The notes beneath the pieces were generated by a model, which saw only the letters and a list, made by a program, of their open reading frames with translations, was not told the origin of the DNA and searched no databases. A program made the translations under genes and the position numbers. A stretch of DNA of 62,927 nucleotides, counting the filler, from Reclinomonas americana ATCC 50394 (taxonomy: Eukaryota), in the NCBI GenBank assembly GCA_048213135.1. It is 8 parts of 3 records of this genome, joined end to end, with 100 filler letters (N's around TTAATTAATTAA, not from the genome) between each part and the next. Parts side by side here need not be neighbours in the genome. Positions count along the whole stretch, not along the records: positions 23,469 to 44,241 come from PS015047.1; positions 44,342 to 49,542 come from PS015047.1; positions 49,643 to 53,394 come from PS015047.1; 5 more parts are not named here. The stretch is one strand, 5' to 3'. Within the stretch, counting starts at the first letter, position 1, and every line of letters starts with the position of its first letter. This document shows positions 39,620 through 52,639 of this stretch, piece after piece.

Positions 39620-40693
39620 ATGTCGCACGCCTCTCTTCCTATCTTCATCGACAAGAGTTTGCATGGGCACACAGATTATGTTTACTCTGTCGCCATGACT
39701 CCCGATGGCCAATCCATTGTGAGTGGCAGTGAAGACATGACAGTGCGCGTTTGGTCACTGGCAAGTGGGCGGGAGGTGCGTAGATCTGAGAAGCACAATG
39801 ATGTGGTTTTCTCTGTTGCTGTCACTCGCGATGGTCAGCATGTGGTGAGTGGCAGTGGTGACATGATCGTGCGTGTGTTGTCACTGGCGAGTGGCGAAGA
39901 AGTGATGCGGTTGGTGGGACACGCAGCTCACGTGCGATCCGTCGCCGTCACCCCTGATGGCCAGCACACTATAAGCGGGAGCTGGGACGGAACAATACGT
40001 GTGTGGTCACTGGCGAGTGGTGAAGAAGTGCGCCGGTTGGAGGGACACGCTGGCTTTGTGTATTCTCTCGCCGTCACTCCCGACAGTCAGCACGTTGTGA
40101 GTGGGAACGGGGACAGCACAGCGCGAGTGTGGTCACTGGCGACTGGCGAGGAGGTGCGACGCTTGGAGGGACACGCTCGGGGAGTTACATCTGTCGCAGT
40201 GACTCCCGACGGGCAGCGCGTTGTGAGCGGAAGTCGTGACATGACGGTGCGTGTGTGGTCGCTGGCAAGCGGTGAAGAGTTGAGACAGTTGGCGGGGCAC
40301 ACCAAGGCGGTCTTCTCTGTCGTCGTCACACCCGATGGTCAGCATGTAATAAGTGGTGGCCACGACAACACCGTGCGCATCTGGTCGCTGGCGGGTGGAG
40401 AAGAGGTGCGACGACTGGAGGGACAGTCTGTTAGAGTGCGGTCCCTCGCCATCTCTCCCGATGGTCAGCACATTATCAGCGGAAGTGATGCCAAGGCGGT
40501 GCGAGTGTGGAGTACACCGTACGGCCTCGCTCGGCTGGAGCTCGATTGTGCGCGGGCGGCCATGCGGACTCTCCGGGAGATGCAACAAGAGGAGGATGAG
40601 GATTCGCGGTGCCTGTCTGAGATGGTGCTGCGGTGTTTCATTGTCGAGGATGCGGAGGTGGTGGCGAATCGATGTTTCTCCGACCGGTTGTGA
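39620..40693 (+). CDS. WD40 array gene 4
   Basis: Seven WD repeats plus tail. Confidence 0.95.
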   Translation: MSHASLPIFIDKSLHGHTDYVYSVAMTPDGQSIVSGSEDMTVRVWSLASGREVRRSEKHNDVVFSVAVTRDGQHVVSGSGDMIVRVLSLASGEEVMRLVGHAAHVRSVAVTPDGQHTISGSWDGTIRVWSLASGEEVRRLEGHAGFVYSLAVTPDSQHVVSGNGDSTARVWSLATGEEVRRLEGHARGVTSVAVTPDGQRVVSGSRDMTVRVWSLASGEELRQLAGHTKAVFSVVVTPDGQHVISGGHDNTVRIWSLAGGEEVRRLEGQSVRVRSLAISPDGQHIISGSDAKAVRVWSTPYGLARLELDCARAAMRTLREMQQEEDEDSRCLSEMVLRCFIVEDAEVVANRCFSDRL

Positions 40694-40939
40694 AGTTGGG
40701 AGGGATGCAGGGGGAAAGCACTTTTGCTTCTTTTGATAATGTATCGCAACGTCCGTGTGTATGGGCAGCGAGGTGTGTGCTCTATACCCCACAGACACTG
40801 TTGGGCAAGCAGCGTCGCCAGCCGCCGAGAACTTCAGTCCCATCGCAAGGAGGACAACATCACACAGCCGGGACTGATCCAACAACTCGTCGCGCATTCA
40901 TTGCCCGTCTCTCTCTCCCTCCTCTCTCTCTCTCTCGAC

Positions 40940-42013
40940 ATGTCTCACACCTCTCCTCTCTTCTTCTGCAAGTGCCTGCGTGGCCACACGGACCGTGTGT
41001 TGTCTGTCGCCGTGACTCCCGATGACCAGCACGTTGTGAGTGGTGGTGCAGACAAGACTGTGCGAATGTGGTCACTGGCAAGTGGCGAGGAGGTGCTAGG
41101 ACTGGAGGGCCACACTGGACGGGTGAATTCTGTCGCTGCCACCCCAAATGGTCAACACATCGTGAGTGGAGGTCACGACAACACGGTGCGAGTGTGGTCA
41201 CTGGCGAGTGGGGATGAAGTGCGACGACTGGAGAGACACACAGCTCCCGTGCGATCTGTCGCCGTTACTCCAGATGGTCAGCTCATCGTGAGTGGGAGTG
41301 AGGACGAGACAGTACGAGTGTGGTCTGTGGCGAATGGAGAGGAGGTCAGGCGTTTGGAGACATGTGCATCAGCAGTGTACGCGGTCGTGGTCACTCCCGA
41401 CAGTCAGCACGTTGTGAGTGGGAACGGGGACAAGACAATTTGCGTGTGGTCACTGGCGAGTGGCGAGGAGGTGCAACGCATGGAGGGTCACTCATTAATC
41501 GTTTTCTCTGTCGCTGCCACTCCCGATGGACAACACGTTGTGAGTGGGAGCGTGGACAGGAGTGTGCGGGTGTGGTCTGTGGCGAGTGGAGAAGAAGTGC
41601 GGCGAGCCGGCGAGCACACTGCCTGCGTGTATTCTGTTGCCGTTACTCACGACGGAGAGCGTATTGTCAGTGGGGGTCTTGACAAGATAGTGCGAGTGTG
41701 GTCGGCGGCTACAAGCGGAGAAGAGGTGCGACGGCTGGAGGGACACACTGGATGGGTGTGGTGTGTCGCCGTCACACTCGATGGGCAACATATTGTCAGC
41801 GGTGATGAAGACGCGGTGGTGCGAGTGTGGAGTACACCATACGGCCTCGCTCGCCAGGAGCTCGCCTGCGCGCGGGCGGCCATGCAAGCCGTGCAACAAA
41901 TGCAACGATTGGAGGACGACGATTCGCGCTGCCTGCCAGAGATGGTGCTACGATGTTTCATCGTTGAGGAAGCAGAGGTGGTGGCATATCGATGTTTCTC
42001 CGACCGGCTGTGA
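40940..42013 (+). CDS. WD40 array gene 5
   Basis: Seven WD repeats plus tail. Confidence 0.95.
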   Translation: MSHTSPLFFCKCLRGHTDRVLSVAVTPDDQHVVSGGADKTVRMWSLASGEEVLGLEGHTGRVNSVAATPNGQHIVSGGHDNTVRVWSLASGDEVRRLERHTAPVRSVAVTPDGQLIVSGSEDETVRVWSVANGEEVRRLETCASAVYAVVVTPDSQHVVSGNGDKTICVWSLASGEEVQRMEGHSLIVFSVAATPDGQHVVSGSVDRSVRVWSVASGEEVRRAGEHTACVYSVAVTHDGERIVSGGLDKIVRVWSAATSGEEVRRLEGHTGWVWCVAVTLDGQHIVSGDEDAVVRVWSTPYGLARQELACARAAMQAVQQMQRLEDDDSRCLPEMVLRCFIVEEAEVVAYRCFSDRL

Positions 42014-42190
42014 AGATAGGAGCTTTATTGCCATGTAAAATGAATCGCAGCAACAAAGCTCTCAGGCCCAGTGGAGTACCAAATGGCCCTGTTAGAGGAA
42101 GCAGTGAAGGGAGAACTTCTGTGTCCCAGCACAGACTTCCTCTTTTGAATCCTCCTCTTTGAGCACGCACTCATTGCTCTCCGTCATTCC

Positions 42191-43186
42191 ATGACCCACC
42201 CTCCTCCTCCCTTCACGAGCAAGTGCGTGCGTGGACACGCAGACCGTGTTCTGTGCGTCGCCATCACCCCCAATGGTCAGCACATAGTGAGTGGCAGTGT
42301 GGACACGACAGTGCGTGTGTGGTCACTGGCAAGTGGCGAGGAGGTGCAGCGACTGGAGGGCCACACCTACTCTGTGTGGTCAGTCGCCGTCTCTCACGAT
42401 GGCCAGTACATCGTGAGCGGCAGTGGTGACATGACTGTGCGTGTGTGGTCTCTGGCGAGTGGCCAACAGGTGCAACAACTGGAGGGGCACGCCGAGGGTG
42501 TGAACTCTGTCGCCATCACTCGCAATGGTCAGCACATTGTGAGTGGAANNNNNNNNNNNNNNNNNNNNNNNNNNNNNNNNNNNNNNNNNNNNNNNNNNNN
42601 NNNNNNNNNNNNNNNNNNNNNNNNNNNNNNNNNNNNNNNNNNNNNNNNNNNNNNNNNNNNNNNNNNNNNNNNNNNNNNNNNNNNNNNNNNNNNNNNNNNN
42701 NNNNNNNNNNNNNNNNNNNNNNNNNNNNNNNNNNNNNNNNNNNNNNNNNNNNNNNNNNNNNNNNNNNNNNNNNNNNNNNNNNNGCACAGCGTGGCGGTGT
42801 TCTCGGTCGCCGTGACTCCCGACGGGCAACACGTCGTGGGTGGCGGAGAGGACAAGGCAATGTGCCTGTGGTCGCTGGCGAGTGGCGAAGAGGTGCGGCG
42901 GCTGGAGGGGCACGACAAGGTTGTCACCTCGGTGGCCGTCGCTCCCGACGGACAGCACGTGGTCAGCGCGAGTGAGGACGGCTCGATGCGAGTGTGGAGC
43001 ACGCCGTGCGGTCTCGCTCGCCAGGAGCTCGCCTGCGCGCAGACGGCCATGCAGGCTGTCCAGGAGATGCTGGAGGCGGAGGAGGAGGAGGCCGATTCGC
43101 GCTGCCTGCCTGAGATTGTGCTGCGGTGTTTTATTGTGGAAGAGGCACAGGTGGTGGCATATCGTTGTTCCTTCGACCGCTTTTGA
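42191..43186 (+). CDS. WD40 array gene 6 (internal gap)
   Basis: Repeats 1-3, the last two repeats and the tail are visible on either side of an N gap. Confidence 0.9.
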   Translation: MTHPPPPFTSKCVRGHADRVLCVAITPNGQHIVSGSVDTTVRVWSLASGEEVQRLEGHTYSVWSVAVSHDGQYIVSGSGDMTVRVWSLASGQQVQQLEGHAEGVNSVAITRNGQHIVSGXXXXXXXXXXXXXXXXXXXXXXXXXXXXXXXXXXXXXXXXXXXXXXXXXXXXXXXXXXXXXXXXXXXXXXXXXXXXXXXHSVAVFSVAVTPDGQHVVGGGEDKAMCLWSLASGEEVRRLEGHDKVVTSVAVAPDGQHVVSASEDGSMRVWSTPCGLARQELACAQTAMQAVQEMLEAEEEEADSRCLPEIVLRCFIVEEAQVVAYRCSFDRF

Positions 43187-43892
43187 GGGGAAGTTCTTGT
43201 TTTCTTGAGTTTTCTGTCTTGTAAACGAATCGTATTGTCAAAGATGTGCTTCTGCGGGCTCGGAGACTCGTTGTCACTGCATGCAACGTCGGCGACAGTA
43301 TTAGTCCCATCACAAGAAGGACATCTGCAGAAACTATCTGCAAACAAACGAACTGCCTTTGCGCGCGTTGCCCATTCACCCCTCTCTCTCTCTCTCTCCC
43401 CTCTCCCTGCCTGNNNNNNNNNNNNNNNNNNNNNNNNNNNNNNNNNNNNNNNNNNNNNNNNNNNNNNNNNNNNNNNNNNNNNNNNNNNNNNNNNNNNNNN
43501 NNNNNNNNNNNNNNNNNNNNNNNNNNNNNNNNNNNNNNNNNNNNNNNNNNNNNNNNNNNNNNNNNNNNNNNNNNNNNNNNNNNNNNNNNNNNNNNNNNNN
43601 NNNNNNNNNNNNNNNNNNNNNNNNNNNNNNNNNNNNNNNNNNNNNNNNNNNNNNNNNNNNNNNNNNNNNNNNNNNNNNNNNNNNNNNNNNNNNNNNNNNN
43701 NNNNNNNNNNNNNNNNNNNNNNNNNNNNNNNNNNNNNNNNNNNNNNNNNNNNNNNNNNNNNNNNNNNNNNNNNNNNNNNNNNNNNNNNNNNNNNNNNNNN
43801 NNNNNNNNNNNNNNNNNNNNNNNNNNNNNNNNNNNNNNNNNNNNNNNNNNNNNNNNNNNNNNNNNNNNNNNNNNNNNNNNNNNNNNNNNNNN

Positions 43893-44463
43893 GGGCACGA
43901 CAAGACTGTTCGAGTGTGGTCGCTGGCGAGTGGAGAGGAAGTGCGACGAGCTTACGAGCACTCTTCTTGGGTGCATTGTGTTGCCATCACTCCCGATGGA
44001 CAGCATGTGGTGTGCGGGGGCTATGACAGACCAGTGTGCGTGTGGTCATTGGTGGCGGGTGGAGACGAGGTGCGACGGCTGGAGGGACACGTTCGCTGGG
44101 TGGACACAGTCGCCGTCGCGCCCGATGGGCAACACATCGTCAGTGGCGGTGACGACGACGGGACGGTGCGAGTGTGGAGCACACCGTACGGCCTCGCTCG
44201 CCAGGAGCTCAATTGTGCACGTGCGGCCATGCAGGCTGTCCNNNNNNNNNNNNNNNNNNNNNNNNNNNNNNNNNNNNNNNNNNNNTTAATTAATTAANNN
44301 NNNNNNNNNNNNNNNNNNNNNNNNNNNNNNNNNNNNNNNNNAGGAGATGCAGCGAGAGGAGGAGGATGACGATTCGCGCTGCCTGCCTGAGATGGTGTTG
44401 CGGTGTTTTATCGTGGAGGAGGCAGAGGTGGTGGCGCATCGGTGTTTCTCCGACCGTTTGTGA
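43893..44463 (+). CDS. WD40 array gene 7 (5' part in gap; tail continues across the linker)
   Basis: The last ~2.4 repeats are visible; AMQAVQ/EMQREEEDDDSRCLPEMV joins exactly across the linker at 44286. Confidence 0.88.
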
Positions 44464-44678
44464 AGTGGAGTTGGGAGGGAAGCAGGGGTAAACAGCGTTT
44501 TCGTTTCTTAATAATGAATCGCTTCGTCAAAGCTTGGCAAGTGCAGGCGCAGCGAGGTTTGTGCTCTATTCCCCAGGCACTGTCGAGCAAGTAGCGTCGC
44601 CGAGAACTCCCGTCCCATCACCCAAAGGACACCTCGCCCTTTCGTTCTCGTTCTCGTCCGCATTCATTGCCCCAGCCA

Positions 44679-44721
<43 letters not shown>

Positions 44722-44723
44722 AC

Positions 44724-45800
44724 ATGTCTCTCGCCTCTCCTCTCTTCTTCTGCAAGTGCCTGCGTGGACACGCGGACCTAGTTTATTCTGTCGCCGTGAC
44801 TCCCGATGGCCAGCACGTTGTGAGTGGGGGCCAGGACAACACAGTGCGTGTGTGGTCTCTGGCAAGTGGTGAGGAGGTGCAACGGATGGAGGGACACACT
44901 TGCCTTGTGCTCTCCCTGGCTGTCTCACACAATTGTCGACATGTCGTGAGTGGAAGCAGTGACGACACCGTGCGCGTGTGGTCACTTGTGAGTGGTGAGG
45001 AGGTGCGACGGCTGGAGGGACACACAAAATCTGTGCGATCTGTCGCCGTCACTCCCGATGGTCAGTTCGTTGTGAGTGGGAGTGAGGACAAGACGATTCG
45101 AGTGTGGTCTGTGACTGGCGGAGAGGAAGTGGGAAGGTTGGATGGACACACAGCTCCCGTGCGATCTGTCGCCGTCACTCCCGACGGTCAGCACGTCGTG
45201 AGTGGGAGTGGCGACAGGACTGTTCGAGTGTGGTCGCTGGCGACTGGCGAGGAGATGCGACGGATGGAGGGACACGGTTGGGTTGTTAAGTCCGTCGCCA
45301 TCACTTCCGATGGTCAGCACGTTGTGAGTGGGAGCATGGACAAGACCTTGCGAGTGTGGTCTCTGGCGAGTGGCGAGGAAGTGCGACAAGCTTACGAGCA
45401 CCCCTGTTGGGTAACTTCTGTTGCCATCACTCCCAATGGACACTATATTATCAGTGGAGGCGTTGACAAGACGGTGCGCATTTGGTCGTTGGCGGCAACT
45501 GGAGACGAGGCGCGGCGACTGGAGGGACACATTGAATTGGCGTTCACTGTCGCCGTCGCACCCGATGGGCAACACATCGTCAGCGGCGGTGACGACGACG
45601 GGACGGTGCGAGTGTGGAGCACACCGTACGGCCTCGCTCGGCAGGAGCTCAATTGTGCACGTGCGGCCATGCAGGCTGTCCAGGAGATGCAGCGAGAGAA
45701 GGATGACGATTCGCGATGCCTGCCTGAGATGGTTTTGCGGTGTTTTATCTTGGAGGAGGCAGAGGTGGTGACGTATCGGTGTTTCTCCGACCGGTTGTGA
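44724..45800 (+). CDS. WD40 array gene 8
   Basis: Seven WD repeats plus tail. Confidence 0.95.
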   Translation: MSLASPLFFCKCLRGHADLVYSVAVTPDGQHVVSGGQDNTVRVWSLASGEEVQRMEGHTCLVLSLAVSHNCRHVVSGSSDDTVRVWSLVSGEEVRRLEGHTKSVRSVAVTPDGQFVVSGSEDKTIRVWSVTGGEEVGRLDGHTAPVRSVAVTPDGQHVVSGSGDRTVRVWSLATGEEMRRMEGHGWVVKSVAITSDGQHVVSGSMDKTLRVWSLASGEEVRQAYEHPCWVTSVAITPNGHYIISGGVDKTVRIWSLAATGDEARRLEGHIELAFTVAVAPDGQHIVSGGDDDGTVRVWSTPYGLARQELNCARAAMQAVQEMQREKDDDSRCLPEMVLRCFILEEAEVVTYRCFSDRL

Positions 45801-46064
45801 AGTGGAGTTGGGAGGGAAGCAGGGGTAAACAGCGTTTTCGTTTCTTAATAATGAATCGCTTCGTCAAAGCTTGGCGGGTGCAGCCCCAGCCACAGACACT
45901 GTGCGCAGACATCGAAAACTTCAAACGTAGAAAAACACTGCCACCAAAACTACACTCGCGTAGTCATCAGCAGCAACGGAAAAGAGAACCGACGAACCCG
46001 CCACGAAAAAAAAAACTCACACAAAATGCACAAACACACAACCCCAACCCCATTCTCTTCACAC

Positions 46065-49070
<3,006 letters not shown>

Positions 49071-49157
49071 TTGCGCGTTGCGTGTGTGTGAGTGTGCGTG
49101 AGGAACAGATTTGAGCAGGACGCGGACGCGGGGACGCGCGACGCACTCCTTTTTCGA

Positions 49158-49480
49158 ATGTTGGAGGAGGCGGATGTGCTTGATCCGACTCCCGATGTGC
49201 ACGCGCTGTTTGTGTACTATGACGCGGTGTATTTTGGGTCGTCGTTGGGAGCGGTGTCAGTTGAGTTGGAAGGCGACACAGGGAAAGGAGATGTGAGAGA
49301 GAGAGAGAGAGAGGGCGGGGGAGGAGAGAGAGGAGGGTGAGGGAGGGAGGGGAAGGGAGGGAGAGAAGGAAGAGAGGGGGGAGGGAGGGAGAGAGAAGGA
49401 GAGAAGACAGAGAGAGTGAACTTCATTGCTTTGTTTTTTCTTCACAGCTTGAGTGCAGCAAGAAGCTTAAGGCAGTGAGA

Positions 49481-49535
<55 letters not shown>

Positions 49536-50754
49536 TACTAACNNNNNNNNNNNNNNNNNNNNNNNNNNNNNNNNNNNNNNNNNNNNTTAATTAATTAANN
49601 NNNNNNNNNNNNNNNNNNNNNNNNNNNNNNNNNNNNNNNNNNATGACCCTTGGCGCAACAATTTGCAACTCGCAGTGCTCATCTCTTTTGTCACAGCGCG
49701 TATCTCTTTCTCGGCCACCATCCTCGCGATCGCGACGACCATGGCGAGCATTTTCAGCGCTTTATGAATGCCATCAATGAGCGGGAGAAGGGCGTCGTGC
49801 ACGTCACCATCTACCATTCGTTTATTGACGAGTTGCGCGCCCGGATTGTTGTGCCTCCTTGCTTCCGTGCTCGATGTGCTGATACCCCTCTCAGAGTCAA
49901 CTTGTACCGCGTGCACTGGTGGCAGTGCGAGCGGTGTCGGCGTGTCATTAAGCGGGCCATGAACCGAGTTACGCCGCGCGCGCACGCCACCAGCAGTTGT
50001 CGTGAGAGTCGTGTCTCACTCCGCGCGCAGGCACCGGCGCCACACGACCCGTGGTGGGGTGAGCATGTGATGACGTGCGGTGGTTCGTTCACCAAGATCC
50101 GCGAGCCCGAGGGCTACCAGAGCAAGAAGAATCGCAAGGGCGCGGCCAAGGGGAAGAGCGATCCGGCTGTCTCCACCACAACGACGACGACGACAACCAC
50201 TGGCACTGGCACAGCCGCCGTGCCGCCAACGAAACCAAAGCGAGGACCACTCGACACGTGGCTGTCGGTCACCGATGGTGTGTGTGAAGTGGGGTGCGCA
50301 TGCACACAATCGCAGAAAGCTGACTCTCGAGTGTCGCACAGAACCCGAGCTGAAGAGACCACGGACCGACAGCAGCGATGTCATTGATCTCACTGACGAA
50401 TCGCCTCCACGATTTCGACCGCCGCCACCGAAACCACCGCCAAAACCCACACCGGCAACCACAACCACAACAACTCCTTCTGTTGGTGGTGGTGGTGGTG
50501 GTGGTGGTGGTCGACGTGTTGGCGGCTCCGCAACTCCCAATCGACGAGTCGAGGAGCAGAAGCGGAAAGCATCGGAACCGGTGGTCATTGACTTGATTGA
50601 CGACGACGACGAGGAGGAGGAGGAGGAGCACAAGTCGGTGCCAGAGGTCGTTGACTTGGCGGGTGGTGAGGCGGAGTTGTTTTGGTGTCTCGACTGCGGC
50701 ATGCATGTGACCGTGGCGACGGAGGAGATGCACGAGGCGACATGTGGATCATAA
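49158..50754 (+). CDS. SPRTN: SprT-family DNA-protein crosslink protease (Spartan-like); HExxH exon presumed in gap
   Basis: LDPTPDVHALFVYYDAVYF, AYLFL...DRDDHGEHFQRFMNAIN, TIYHSFIDEVNLYRVHWWQC, KRAMNRAPAPHDPWWGEHVMTCGGSFTKIREPEGY, and a C-terminal CxxC..H...C. Confidence 0.92.
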
Positions 50755-50890
50755 TGCAAATCGCTTCGAATTCACTCGCGTTTGTCTCTGCGTGGCTCCC
50801 TCCAGAAGGGGGGTACCCGGCTGTCCATCTCACTCGTGCGACACATCCCACGCGTCGCCGACAGCTCACGCCCTCTGCCCTCATTTCGTA

Positions 50891-51676
50891 CTACGCGCCC
50901 ATTGCAAGTCGCACAGCCGTCTCCACCGACAAGGCCACCAGCACTGCCACCACCGACCGCCACGGCGACTGCTCACAGTCACTCAAGCTGCGCACGGCCA
51001 GCATACAGTGCGCACTGGTCGCCCACTGCGCCGCCACACGCACCAAGTAGCCTCGTCCAGCACCCGGCAACACCGTGGCCTTGACCAGATCGTGATTCCA
51101 AATGAGCAGGAGATAGCCTGCGCTGTGCAGGAAGCCCGACAGCAGCACCCCGCGCAGCATGCACGAGAAGAGCGACACGCGCTGCAGCAGCAGGCACAGC
51201 AGCAGAGCGCGCGCAAGCATGAGCAGTGCCTCCACGAGCAGCTTCTGCATGAGCTGCTGCTCGCCACTCCCGTCGACATCGCTCTCCAGTGCCAGCAGTG
51301 CGCCGGTTTGCATCAGGAAGAAGCCGAGGACCTGGTCAGGGAGTGAGAAGGAGAGCAGGAGGAGGGAAGAGTGAGGAGAGCAGAGTGTAACTGTGGACCA
51401 GGCCAGAGTCTGTCGGTTGCAGAGGAGGTGGCGAAAGGCGGCGATCTTGAGGAGGGCCAGGTCGAGGAAGAGCAGGCCGCTTTGGTACTCAATGTACTTG
51501 TCGAGAACACCGCAGCCGTGTTTCTGTGTGTGAGTGTGTGAGTGTGTGTGTGTGTGAGAGAGAGAGAGATGAGTTGCATGCAACAACGCAACACAAGGGA
51601 GCAGTCGATAGGATGCGCCGATGCGTTCTACAGTGCGATCGCCACATGAGCGGCCGCAGGTGACGCACACGGGCAT
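50891..51676 (-). CDS. ARV1: ARV1-like ER membrane protein
   Basis: MPVCVTCG...RLLPC|KHGCGVLDKYIEY....FLDLALLKIAAFRHLLCN is the Arv1 homology domain; hydrophobic helices follow. Confidence 0.88.
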   Translation of the reverse strand: MPVCVTCGRSCGDRTVERIGASYRLLPCVALLHATHLSLSHTHTHSHTHTQKHGCGVLDKYIEYQSGLLFLDLALLKIAAFRHLLCNRQTLAWSTVTLCSPHSSLLLLSFSLPDQVLGFFLMQTGALLALESDVDGSGEQQLMQKLLVEALLMLARALLLCLLLQRVSLFSCMLRGVLLSGFLHSAGYLLLIWNHDLVKATVLPGAGRGYLVRVAAQWATSAHCMLAVRSLSDCEQSPWRSVVAVLVALSVETAVRLAMGA

Positions 51677-52639
51677 GAGTGGTGTGATTGGATGAGTGGA
51701 TCGATGGAAATCGGAATGGAAACAGCGGGTCGTTGTCTTCGCAACACGGGTCGGTGACTACAACACTGGTGGTGGATCGGGCGCTTGCATTTGAATGCAC
51801 ATCTTTACAGCCGCTCGCTTTCGAGCATTCGAATTCGCGATCGGCGCTGCGGCTTTTGTGCTGCTCGGCTCATCGCTCCTGTGTCACCTCCTCCCTGCAT
51901 GCAGGACCAGCTACTTGGTCAGCTGCATGCTCTGCAAGCTATGCAACCGTGTCGCATGCAATGCAAAAGACAAAATGTCGAACCGGTATTTGTTTAATAT
52001 CTGTTTCTCAACTTCGAATTGGCTCGGTTTGTGATTGCCCTGCCCTTCGGCTTTCTCCGGGGAGTATGCCTTGCGAAGTACCACCTCCAGGTTCCGTTTG
52101 AATTCGTTCCTTCGCGAATCGAGTTACAAGCATGCATGAACGAACGCAGTTGATCGCTTTCGAATTCGCAGCTTCCGGCACGGACACCAAAGCCTCGAGT
52201 ATTGCACGTCGATGGCTATCCGTGGTCCACCTCCTTGCACCGGTCGAAGAGCATGCTGCATGCAGATCAAATGGTGCGGCTGCGAATTCGAACGCGAAGT
52301 CGCGACAAGGGTCGAACACCCTGTGCCTTTCTCTCCAGAGTGCAATGCATCCCGTTGCTCTCACGCTGCTGTCCATGTGACGCGACGTGCAAAAGCCACG
52401 CTCTTCTGGCTGCCCAGCCAGCAACGCGTCCAAATCCATCGGAACTTCGAAAGCAACTCACTCCATCGCTCCCTCCACTGCAGCCTCGTAGTATAACTCT
52501 CCTCGCGCGCGTGTACGCATCACACACACCAGCCTCGCGCCTACCAGTCAACTTCTTCTTAGTTTTACTCGTCCCCACAGGACGAGTTTTCGCGCAAAAT
52601 CCACCACAGTTTGCCTTCGACGCAGTTTTTGTTCACGCG

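Noticed and set aside
35660-44724. WD ORFs as alternative exons or trans-splice acceptors (CT tract before each ATG)
   Set aside because: Only genes 1 and 2 have AG just before the ATG; genes 3, 4, 5, 6 and 8 do not, and each complete unit has its own ATG and stop.
35677-45800. Diversity-generating retroelement as the source of WD variation
   Set aside because: No invariant template repeat or RT is visible, and I saw no sign that changes are confined to adenines.
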